57,599 nucleotides of DNA from a virus (lineage: Duplodnaviria > Caudoviricetes). How positions within the stretch are numbered: position 1 is the stretch's first letter; each line of letters begins with the position of its first letter. The notes under the pieces are model-generated. The model ran no database searches. It was given only the letters and a program-made list of their open reading frames with translations, and was not told the origin of the DNA. The stretch covers positions 1-57,599 of the IMG/VR virus record IMGVR_UViG_3300048541_000085. The stretch is one strand, 5' to 3'. Below are positions 16,768-28,100 of this stretch, in pieces. A program made the translations under genes and the position numbers.

Positions 16768-19017
16768 ATGGCATTTTACTACGGCTCAAAAGAACAAGGA
16801 TTTAAGTCTGGCTACGAAGGTCAGATTGACCGTATGCGCAATCAGCGCATCAAAAACAAAGAGCTATTTGATAACTGGAAAAAAGAAAAACTGCGGAATG
16901 GTGAAAGCGTTTCCGTAGATGACCTTATACAGCAAAGGGAAACGCTTGCTGGTGGGGATAATTACTTTTTGTCTGGGCTTGTTACTGATGCAGAGTCAGA
17001 GAACATGGCCAAGCGTCACAACGAACAAGTGGCCAGTAAAATAATTACTGAAGCTACAGGCAATATGGAGAACCAAGTAAAGCAACAAAACATCTTTGAA
17101 GACGCGATAGGTATCAAAGACGGAGTGACCTACAACGATTATGTAAAGGACGCTTCTCGCTTTTTTGGCGGAGACGAAGCCGCCGCAAGAACTGCTTTTG
17201 ACGATATGGGCGGGGAAGATTGGTTCAATAACAAACAGATAGAAAAACGCTCGTTGAAGGCTGAGGATTTAATTGCTAACGACAGCCGCTTTACCAGAGC
17301 CCAGAGCCCAGAAGACCTCAAAAAGTATTTTGGCAACGAGCCTGCGGATGTGCAAGCCGACATATTAGCGGCATGGAAAAAGGGTGAAGACGACAAGAGG
17401 GCGGCAGAGGTTGACAAGGTTGAGGGTTACATTGCGGCACTAAACAGCGACACGCTTTTGTACTCTGATGATGCCCAAATTAAACAAATGATAAGAGGCC
17501 AGTATCTAAACATAAGTGATACCGACCTAGATGGTTTGGTAAGTTTCTGGAAGGGCCAACAAGCCTCTCTAAGGACAGCCAAAGGCAATCAGCAAAAGTC
17601 AGCCTTCCTAAAAGAGATTGGCTCAGACAAAGAGCTGTTAAAGATATACGGTCAACAAGGTGTAGACCCTTCAGATATCATGACACGAATAAACGAAATT
17701 GGCCGGAAGTATGACTTCTTGAGCGAAACAAACTGGTCAACCATGGATGGGTTTGAAAAGTGGATAGGCGATGATGCTTGGCTAGAGAACACCATGAAGA
17801 AGGGCTACACAGGTCAATACGAAAGTCTTGAGGAAAAGCTAAATAGCACCGCCGTGGAAAGCGGAAAGGCGGCATTAGACAGAAGCATGACTACGGTTAC
17901 TCAGGAAGTAAATGATATACGCAGAGCAAATAAAGAAGCTGGAGATGACGCGCCAAAAGAAGACTTGGCGTTTGAAGAAGGCGGCGTGGCATCTGCGGCG
18001 TTAGCAATCGTTGGAGAGAAGTACATTCTAAGGGCTGGAGGAGCACAAACTATAATCTCCCACGCCAGAGAGCTTGTAAAAACAGACCCCAACATTGGCA
18101 CACAAACTCTTGCCAATGCACTTGAAGCCCTACTGATGGACGGCAACCAGCTACAGACATTGTCTGAATACCAAGAGTCTTATGTACAACAAGGTCTTGA
18201 AGGGGAAGGTTATTCTATAGCACCGGGCGAAACTGTACAGGCTTACGCTACAGATTTGACGACCTCTGTGGATGCAGTTATAGAAGAAATTAGCAAGACG
18301 TTACAGAACGCGCCTTCTGGTAGCTATGAAATAGTAAACGGCAGAACAATCTGGTTCGGGGATACTGGGGAATCTGCGGCATACCAAACAGCGGTTACTG
18401 ACATCAAGGCTATGATTTCTGCTGTAAAGAAAGACTTTAATAACCACAAGTCAGCCCTATTTTCTGACATGGAGGGGCAAGTAGAGATAGATGGGGTCAT
18501 GTATAGAGGCTCAGATGCTGGCCAACCTTTAATAACTATGCTGGAAGAAAAGCTGAAATCCCTTGAGGCAATACACAAAACAACAAAGCCAACACCAAGA
18601 ACATCTGGTAGCACTAACCCAGCCACTGGTCTTGCCAGCGATGTTGAGACAGACTATGGCTCTTTGGGTGTTGACCAGAGTTCAAGACTGCCAAAAGATT
18701 TTGACTTTATGCCAATGAACGACACTGCTGTAAATGCCTCATTTGTTTCACAAACAATGGAAGGACTATTTGACCAAGACCCACAGATACTTGCTGTGGC
18801 TCAAACAATTATCAGCAACCAAGGGAACCGTAGCATAACCGAGGTTGCAAGACAGCTTAGAAACCTTATCGGCTCTCCAAAAACCAACGAGCGGACTAGA
18901 CCGGGCGGTCAGGGTTTCTGGATACACAGGCAAGGTGCTGAATTTGCACCCGGCGAAAAGAAATTCTACACTAAACTCGCTCGCCTCCTACAGGCGGAAG
19001 CGTTTTCGGATGAGTAA
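16768..19017 (+). CDS. Putative ejection protein (large, helical)
   Basis: 749 aa acidic helical protein, no Cys, before the giant virion protein. Confidence 0.6.
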   Translation: MAFYYGSKEQGFKSGYEGQIDRMRNQRIKNKELFDNWKKEKLRNGESVSVDDLIQQRETLAGGDNYFLSGLVTDAESENMAKRHNEQVASKIITEATGNMENQVKQQNIFEDAIGIKDGVTYNDYVKDASRFFGGDEAAARTAFDDMGGEDWFNNKQIEKRSLKAEDLIANDSRFTRAQSPEDLKKYFGNEPADVQADILAAWKKGEDDKRAAEVDKVEGYIAALNSDTLLYSDDAQIKQMIRGQYLNISDTDLDGLVSFWKGQQASLRTAKGNQQKSAFLKEIGSDKELLKIYGQQGVDPSDIMTRINEIGRKYDFLSETNWSTMDGFEKWIGDDAWLENTMKKGYTGQYESLEEKLNSTAVESGKAALDRSMTTVTQEVNDIRRANKEAGDDAPKEDLAFEEGGVASAALAIVGEKYILRAGGAQTIISHARELVKTDPNIGTQTLANALEALLMDGNQLQTLSEYQESYVQQGLEGEGYSIAPGETVQAYATDLTTSVDAVIEEISKTLQNAPSGSYEIVNGRTIWFGDTGESAAYQTAVTDIKAMISAVKKDFNNHKSALFSDMEGQVEIDGVMYRGSDAGQPLITMLEEKLKSLEAIHKTTKPTPRTSGSTNPATGLASDVETDYGSLGVDQSSRLPKDFDFMPMNDTAVNASFVSQTMEGLFDQDPQILAVAQTIISNQGNRSITEVARQLRNLIGSPKTNERTRPGGQGFWIHRQGAEFAPGEKKFYTKLARLLQAEAFSDE

Positions 19018-19117
19018 TATGTTTATGTGGCTCTTAACAATCTTCCAGAGTAACCCTGCTGGAGACCTTTCCAAGCACAGAAAGCACACGGCAAAGTACG
19101 AAGACCTGTGTATGTAG
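19010..19117 (+). CDS. 35-aa hypothetical peptide
   Basis: MSNMFMWLLTIFQSNPAGDLSKHRKHTAKYEDLCM; overlaps the upstream stop and exactly fills the gap before the next promoter motif. Confidence 0.5.
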   Translation: MSNMFMWLLTIFQSNPAGDLSKHRKHTAKYEDLCM

Positions 19118-19120
19118 CAG

Positions 19121-19152
19121 GGACGACCAATGCCCTACACCTTCGGTAAACT
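19121..19152 (+). promoter_or_regulatory. Putative late promoter GGACGAC-N19-TAAACT
   Basis: Intergenic, 27 nt upstream of the giant ORF. Confidence 0.7.
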
Positions 19153-19179
19153 CTATGTATCGGAAACTGGAGTACCGAA

Positions 19180-22100
19180 ATGGACAATTCAAAATCACGT
19201 TGGTCGCGTAAGCCCGTAGATGTTAGCCGCTATCAGGCAAAAACAGCAAAACAAACAGGCCCACTTGGATATGCGCAGGGGCTTTCCAAAATGGAAGCTG
19301 TGGAGATGCTCTCCGACAGCCGCTTCCTCCAAGATGTAAAAGACTTCTACTATCAAAGAGATGGCCGGATGTTCTCTTCAGACGAAGAGGCTGTTGAAAA
19401 GTTTTGGTCTGATAGAACTTGGCGCAACTCAAACGTACTTATGACAGGCGTTGATGCCATTGCATCACAAGGATACACCACAGAACAAAAAGAGCGTCTA
19501 GGTAGAATACAGACAGTATTCGACAGCAACCCCAATTTCTGGGAAGACGGTGGCCGAGGCGCAGAGGGTTTCTGGGCAAACGCCGGAGCAATGCTGTTAG
19601 ACCCAACAAACCTAATTGGTTTTGGTATTGGTGGTGTCGGCGCGAAAGCCGCCGCGAAGGCCGCGACTATGGCAGGCCGAAAAGCTACAGGGTATGAATT
19701 AGCAAAAGCAGGCTTTATTCGAGGCGGTGCTTCAGAAGCCGTTGCTTCAGGCGGAATAGAGGCGGGAGCAGACGCTCTCGTCCAAAACAGGGACATGTCA
19801 GTTGGTATCCAAGACGAATACAGTCTTGGCAGAACAGCAATGGCTGGGGGTATTGGCGCAACAGTTGGCGGTGGTATTGGTGGCGTTCTTGGTGGTCTCG
19901 CCCCAACAGTTGGCAGAAAAGCCAGTGAGCTAACAGGCATAGACAAGCTAGACTTTATCAAAAGTGGAGAGGCCGAAGGTCGCGTAGAGTTACAAAGAAT
20001 TGAAATGGAAAATGCGGCAAAAGCCGCACAAGAAGAAGAAGCCGCGCAAGATGTAGATGGCCTGTTTGGTGAGTACGACACTCAGTTGCGCAAGAACGCA
20101 GAAAACGGACAAGATGTTTTGTCGAATGTTGGCCTGCGTCCAGATGTAAATATTTCTATAGAAGCTGGTTCAGGTAGGTACAATACAGCAGAAGAGTTTG
20201 CTGAGGCTGTTGGTGTTGACTTAAACAGCCCTGACTTTGCGCAAGTAAAAGATGTATTTGACCAAATAAAACTACGCACCGAGCACCAAAGAATGAAGTC
20301 TGTGCCATCAGAGGTGGCCAATCTTCGTGCGCAAGCTGACAAAGCACAAGTAAACTCTGCCCGTGGGGATGCGGCGGCAGACCCCAACAAAATTGATGCG
20401 AACATAACTAATGCACAGGGCTACCGTTCAAGAGCTAACTCCCTTGAAGCGGCCTATGACAGGTACACAACTTGGTTACGCTCTGGTGCCTTCAGGAATG
20501 ATGATGTTCCTCCACCTGATGTGCGCAGTGCTATGGATGAGGTTACTGGTCTTCTTGGTAGAGAGCCAGAAACAGGAGTTGTCCCAGCCAATCCTCGTGA
20601 CCGAGGAGATGGCTTTACCATGCGTGATGACGCGGACGCTGATGCTGTTCAACAGCAACGTGCGGCTCGTGGGCTAGACGACCCAACAATTCCTCCATCC
20701 CGGCAGATACCTGAAGCACCTCCGGGGCCACGAAACGTATCGGGAGATGGATTTGAAGCAGTTGTTGACACATCTGAAGCGGCACAGACCACAGCACCGA
20801 GGACAGCCGCAGAGGCAGAGTTGTCCAACGCCAAAGAAATGTACGACAACACTCTCGCAAAGCGAGACGAAGCACACCGTGCAATCAAAAACCTTCAGGC
20901 AAAAGCAAGACGAGGCAGTATCGGGGAAGACGAGACTGCCGAACTCTCAGACCTTATCAAAACTAGAGCACAGCTAAGAAAAGAACTGAAGCAATCTTCT
21001 GTTCGCGTAACAGCCGCTGAAAACGCTCTGTCAAAATTGGCTAACGATATAGTCGATGACATTACAGACACACCAACGCAGATGGTGGAGGAAGGTGCTG
21101 AAGCACAACTTGCAGAAGCGGCAGAGGGAGTCCTTGAGACCGATGCACCTATTGCCGTTGAAAGAACCCTTGAAGACGGTGCTATAGAAACAGCCAAAAC
21201 GGAAGGCGAGACACTTGCCTTCTTGGATGCGCTTGGCTTTGACAAGAAAAAGATGCGCAGAGAAGTTCGCGCCCTAACGAACGGCGTTACAAGAGCCGAA
21301 GCTAGGGTTATCAGAGCTCAGTTTGCTACAGAAAAAGTGAACCGACTTCATGCCGCGAGCTATGTTCAGCAAGCTATTGATATGATAGGCGGCGTGGACA
21401 AGCCAGAAGTTTATATCATTAGTGCAATGCGCTCTGTTATCAAGAGCTTGGACATGGAGCCCGGAGTAGAGGAGTTAGCTCTTGATGTTTACAATGACTT
21501 TGTTATCGACAATGCTCCGTCAATCTTAAACCAAGTTGTTGAAGGTATTGGCCTTGGTAGGTCGGTAGATGATTACTTTGATTTCATTCGCGTCAACTAC
21601 GGCGATGAGTTGGTCGATGTGTTGCACCGACACATGCGCGGCGAACTTGATACTTTAGACCGTATCGAGACCAGCAGAATTGATATGCCAAAGATTAGTG
21701 ACTTTACTCCGTCAGAGCAAAAGGCACTAAAAGAGGCAATGGATATATTGCAGTCAGATGGCCGCACGCAGGGATGGAACAAGTCTGCGATACAAATGTT
21801 TGCAAACCAGTTCATTGCAAATCTAAGGCAGAAGAAAGCTGATGGGATTAACCCATTCCGTGATGGTGCTCATGAGGGTAAAAGCGTAGAGAGCTTTGGC
21901 ACAATCACAGTAAACGGAAAAGAATACTCTGGCCACAAGCTGGGAAAAACGCAATCAATCCTGTCCCCCGCAAAAAAAGGCAAGGGTGATTACAAGTATT
22001 ACGGACAACTCATCTCCGCACTAAAGAGGGATGGAGTAACTATGACTGGGCGAGAGGCCGCTTATCGTGCGGCGGATGAAGCCAAGTTGGAAACAGCCAC

Positions 22101-25100
22101 AAACTCCATGCGGCGCGACCCAGTAAAATATAACAAGAAAACCGTTGACGGCGAAACGGTGCATGAAGGCATAAACGCTGAACCTGTTCGCAAGATTGAT
22201 GAAGCCCGCAAGGCTTTGAAAGGCATAGACCCTACCGAGGATGCTACAGAAATCAGAGCATTACTCATATCCGAGGGCGTTATACCAAACGTAGAACTGG
22301 CCAAGTCGTCTTTCCGTCCACAGGAGATGGAGCTTGGAGACCCTATATCAATTAAGAGCAATTACCCAAAGAACGTGACAGGCTACAAAGCACTTTCTGG
22401 AAGCAAGAGAACAGACGGTTCTGTGTTCGTCTTGCGGCGTGCAATTCCTTTGACTGGTGAAGCACTCAAGAAAACAGCGGCAGGCAAGGTTCGTCTTGAT
22501 GGCCCTCGTGTAGGCAGGGCAACGATAAAAGTAATAACACCACAGGGTGTCAAAGAAATACCCAACCACGAGATAATCGATGGGATACTTTATGAGCGTA
22601 TCCTAGCCTCCCCCGGACAGGAAACGGAAACCCCTTCTGGGTTTAACACTTTTAGTGGTGGCGACAAGGTTTTTGCAGACCCAAATTCAAAGCGTCTGTT
22701 TGCTACAGCGGAAGACATTCCAGAGAACCAGCGTGGGACAACTATTGAAGACCTGACGCAAGACCTCTTGGCACAACGAAAATTACTTACGCAAAGCACA
22801 GACCTAGAAATGAAGGCGAGGGACATAGAGAACTTCCGCTCTTCTGATAGGGCGCAGTTTGAAGCCAAGTACCGTGAGTACAGAAACGCGGCACGCGAGC
22901 TACAAAAGATGAAAGAAGCAAAGGCGAAGCCTGTACAGGTTTTGGCTATGGAGCGTGCGGTACAGGCTAAAAAGAAAGAGATAAGAACAGAGTACCCAGA
23001 AATGTGGAAAGACCGCAAAGTTATCAAGAAGGGCTTGGTTGAGCTTGAGCTTGCAAACAACGCGGGAAAAATTGACGATATGAAAAAAGAGGTTGCCGAC
23101 CTAGCTGATGAGGCTGGAGACGCACCAACACCAGAGGACAAATCTGTAGCAAAGGTTGCCGCTGACAAGGCGAGCCAGCAGTATGCAGACGCCAACAAGG
23201 TCTCATTGGCCTACCAAGATGCTGTCGCTAGGTTCCAAGAACACGGTGACGCAAGGCTTCTTGATGAAGAGCTTGCCAAAATCAGGATGGAAGCCTCAAA
23301 AGTTTCCCATGAAAAACCTAAAACAAAGCCACGGGCGAAGCGTATGCCCATGGTTGTTAAGCATCGTGGTGTAGAGGTTGACCTAGAAAACCATTTCTCC
23401 TTTACAGGAACGGAAGACGAGGGCTTCGACCTTGGTTTTCTTGGGCAAAAGATTGGACGCATAGAAAAAACTGAAGAAGGGTTCGAGGTTATCAGTGATG
23501 ACCTTGATTCAACACCAGTTTACGACAGCTTCGACTTGGCCAAGCGCGGCCTTGTAGACGATTTTGAGCCACGCATCAAGGTTGCTTTCAGAGAAGGCAA
23601 GCTGATGGCGGCTGATGCGCCTGAAGAGGTTAGCTTCCACGAGCCAAACCATCAGAACACAAATACATACAAGAACGCAAAACAAACTGACGCGGCAGAC
23701 GAAGACGATATTGCGGAAAAGTTTCTCGGCTCTGACGAAAGGCTGAACCAGTCTGGCGCAGACTACTCTTCTCAAGTTCCTCCGGGGCGTAAGTTTGCTA
23801 TCGGCATCAAGACAGGGCCGTTTGCTGGCGTTGCACGGGCACCAAGCACAGAAGAAAAGTTGGTTGGAGTTGTTCTTTCAAAACAGTCCGAACAAGAGTT
23901 CGTCTTGGGACATGTAGCGGAGGGAACAAACGGAACGAAGGCATCAAACTCTTTCATACCATTTGACCCTGAAGACAGCTTTGAGTCATCTACAAAGGGA
24001 CAGGTCAAGAAAGAGAGAAAGCCTAGAAAGAACGAGTTACTCGAACAAGACCCAGACCTCGAAGACCCAGCGAAACAGGCGGTTTCCCTGAACAAGACGA
24101 GGGCAATGGACTTAGACCAAGAGGATTTGCCGGAGGACTTACAGGGCAAGTTCAAGACTGTCTATGACTTGCATGATGAGATAGTGAACCTTGAGCGTTT
24201 ACCTTGGAACTCACCGCAGTTTGCGAGCAAGCAAGACTATCAGCGTTTTGTAATGCACTTGCGCACATTGAACGGCTTGCTAGACCAGTACGCCCCCCAT
24301 GGTATAAAGCTACCAAACGCATCTCGGCACGCATCAATGAGACAGCTAACTGCTGTTATGGGTGAGCGTCCAGTTGGTGAAATAAATGCGGTAATGTCTG
24401 TCCTTCGCAATCTTTCTGAAGGCGACAGTCGCATGCCAAGGTTTATCCAAGACCCTAACGCCTACTCACACAGACCAGCCAACTACGCCAATACAGCAGA
24501 GCTTAACTCTATATCTGTAGCTGAAGACTTAACCCCAGATGTGATACCCGGATTTGCGAAAACAATTCATGAGATTGGGCACTGGGCATACTTTAATGTA
24601 TTGACCCCAGCGGAACGGTCTACATTCTGGGATGCAATGGGTAAGTATATCACTGCCGAAGGCGTTGATATGGGCATGATAAAGAAAAGATTGCCTGAAA
24701 TTGGTGGCAACGAGTTGCGTTCACCACAAGAGTTCTTTGCACAGCAGTTTACACAGTTCGCAATCTCACAAAAGAGGGCTGGCGAAACAACTTCGTTAAT
24801 GAAGCTCTGGACAAAAGTGGCGGAAAAAGTTCAAAAGATTATGCGTGCGTTTTTTATTGAGGATGCGGACGCTATTGACGCAGACCTAATGCCTATCTTT
24901 GAAAGAATACTCCCAGAGGATGACGGCAGTGTGAACAAGTTCATGCAAGTCGCCAAAAAATACAGTGAGGCAGGCACAAGAGTTGGTTATCCAGCGCAAA
25001 AACTTGCTGTGTTTGAGGACATTCGTCTTGAGATAGGGCGTGCTATCGACACTGGCAACGAAGACGCCATCGAAGATGCGCTTCGTGGCTTTGTTCGTGA

Positions 25101-28100
25101 GGTGTACGCATATTCTGGAAAGCCGGGCAACAAGACCATAACCAACAGAAACACCGGGAAGAAGATTAGCCGTGTTCGCCTCTTCGATGCAAAGCAAATT
25201 GGAGAAGCCGCAGACGGAACCAAGAAGCATGACTTTGTAAACTCACATTTTGTAAGACAAAACCTTGTGCAAAGAATGTACGCAATACAAAGGCACCTTG
25301 CAGAAAACCCAAAGAAGGTACTCAGCGAAGAGGACAGGTTGGCAGAGATAGACAAGCTGTTGGCCTCCCAAAACTCTGATGACTTTGGCGAATTAAACAG
25401 AGCATCAATGACATCAACCGTCATGGAAGCCACCGCCGCTGTCGCAGAGGACGCAAGCGAAGGGTTGGTTCTTTTAGCTAATGATGTTCTTGGCTCTATA
25501 AATGAAGCGCAAACAGAACTTCGCAGACGTATTGCAAGAAGCGTGGGCAAGACAGACACAGGTGCTGGTGTAAAGATTACTCCAGAAGGCAAAGAGGTCG
25601 CCACACAAGATAGCGTGAAAGGCAACAAGTTCAGAAAGCGTGCGCAGAAGAGAAAGCAATCTGTTGCAGAGAACGCAGAGCAAAGCGTACAAGACACACT
25701 AGCGAAGATGGAAGCCGCAATATCTGGCATGCCTAGCAAGATGTCAGCACCACAAAGTGGCGCGGAGACACCTAGCCTAAAAGGCGAGAGCGTTATTGGC
25801 TTGCTAACAAGATACAAAAAGACAAGAGCCGACAGCCCAGAGAAGCGTGAGATTGCTCAGGAAGTTGCAAACAGAATGGCGGCACGGCCAGAGCTAACTC
25901 CTCTGGAAGAGTTGCCTATGGATTTGCAGACAGAGTATTCTGACAAGTTCAAAAAGGAAACAATGTCCTTACACGAGGCTATTGTCGGTATGCAAAAGGC
26001 AATGGACGATGGCGACCTAGTAAAGGCTCACCAATACCAGAGCTTTGTTGGTGCGGTTTATGGAACTTTAGAAATACCAAGCATGCTTCGGTCTGTTCAC
26101 AAGGCTATTGACACAGAGACGAGCCACAACTTCGGCTCGCAGACAGAGAATGGCGTGCCATCAAGTGCGCCGCAAGCTGTCAAAAACGCTCTTGGCCTAA
26201 TAACACACAGAGACAAGCGAGTTGAATACACAGGAAGAACAGTTCTCTATCGTGTACTAAACCTTATGGGTAAGGCAGAAAAAGACTTGGTAAATCAAAC
26301 CGAGTTCCTAACCTTTGCAGAGCTACAAAACATTATAGGTAATGTAGCAAGTGAAGCACCAAAAAGTGCAAAGCGTGCAATGGAAGTGATGGACGAGAGC
26401 TATGGCACTTACCTTGGGCAAGAGGGTGCGAATAGAAACAACGCTCTCATGAACGCCTTGAGAAAGCACTTCAGAAAGATAGGAACAAACATATCAAAAC
26501 AAGGTGCGCCTCTCCGCCTCGTGGCTTCTGGTGCACAGAACGCAAACACTGGCACACAAATAAGAACAGCCCTTCACGAAGTTGGGCACATGCTTGTTCG
26601 CACAAAGTTTGACGAGCCAAAGATGCAACAGTTGCGGAAGTTCCTTGACGACAAGCTAGACGCTGGAGACGAAACAGCGAGCAAGTTTGTTAAGAACTAC
26701 GGGACTGAAGCGGCGGCAGAAGAGTATTTTGTTGATGAGTTCGCCAAGTGGATGGCAGGCCGTGTTTCTGCACAAGACGCATTTGGAGAAGCCAACTTAC
26801 AGAACGGCATGATGCGCATAATAAAAGAACTTGGCGAAATGGTTGCTTACGTCATGAACGGCTTGGTGAGAAACAAGACAATGCGCCAAGAGTTTAGAAG
26901 TCTTACAGGGTATGGCGACATGTTCCGCGTAAGAAAGCGGGTACAGAAGCCGACTGTACAGGCCGTAGCGTCAACAGACAGCTACTCTATGCCTGCAACC
27001 CTAGCACCAAGATATGCACAAGAAACATTGGCGAACATGCCCGATGGACAGCGCATTTCAGCAAGAGAATTTGTTGGGGCACGCGAAGGCGAAGACCTTA
27101 TGGACTTTGTTTACTATCACGGAACACCAAACGGAAGGGCGTTTAGCAGAGCAGAAAACCCTGATGTCGTCTTGGAGCCTTCAGGGAACCAGTCTCTTTA
27201 CGGGCCGGGAATATATGTGACAAAGAAGCAGGGTGTTGCTGAAGACTACTCTGTCATAGGCCATAGAGCTTCGTTTGAAAGAATGATTAACGAAGCAACA
27301 GATGACCCTGCAAAGCGTGCAGAAGGCGCAGAACTAACATCAATGTTAATCAACGCTCGTGAGGAAATAAACACCATACAGCGCGAGATGAATAGCACGC
27401 AGTACAGTCAGCAAACTCTTGACAGAGCAAAGCGCATTACCAGTGGCGAAATTGAAGACTACAGCACAGACGGCTTTGATTACCAGTTATCCCAGCACCA
27501 GCGCAGACTGACAGACAAAGTTATGGAAGAGGACGCTTTGTGGAAAGCGTTAGAAAAGGCAACTGGCGTTACAAGAAAGCCAGCGGTTCTTCCTCTTCTG
27601 GTTCGGGCAGACGAAACCTTTAACATGGATGCAAACACCTTCTACAGATTTGGTGAAGGCACGAATAGTGTTAATTGGCTCATAGACGAAATGGCGAAGT
27701 CAGGGACTATTCCTACGGACGGTGCTATGAAAGTTATGCAACGCATTGGCACAAGAGACTTCAGCGGTGAAGACTTGTACGAAGCGTTGGTGGAAGGTGT
27801 GCGAGAGCAGGGCATCGGTGAGAATGATGCTAAGGCAGAAATAGCCGGGTTCTTGAAAGACCTTGGATATGACAGCATGCGTATCACAGAGGTAAACCCT
27901 AATAGCTCAGACATGATTGAAGCCTTAGTTCTGTTTGAACCAACACAGGTCAAACATGTTGACGCTCAAACATTCGATTACGAAAACCCTGAAATATACC
28001 AGCTTCGTCTTGGTGAGGGTGGGTTCTTGGGAGAGCTTGGAGAAGCTATCATAGACAACCCAGATGTAGACATTGCACAAATGCGTGCAACGATACTGAA

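Noticed and set aside
26068-26091. LEIPSMLR in the giant protein as a second FtsZ-like motif
   Set aside because: Lacks the key Phe and is a plausible chance match in 3854 aa.
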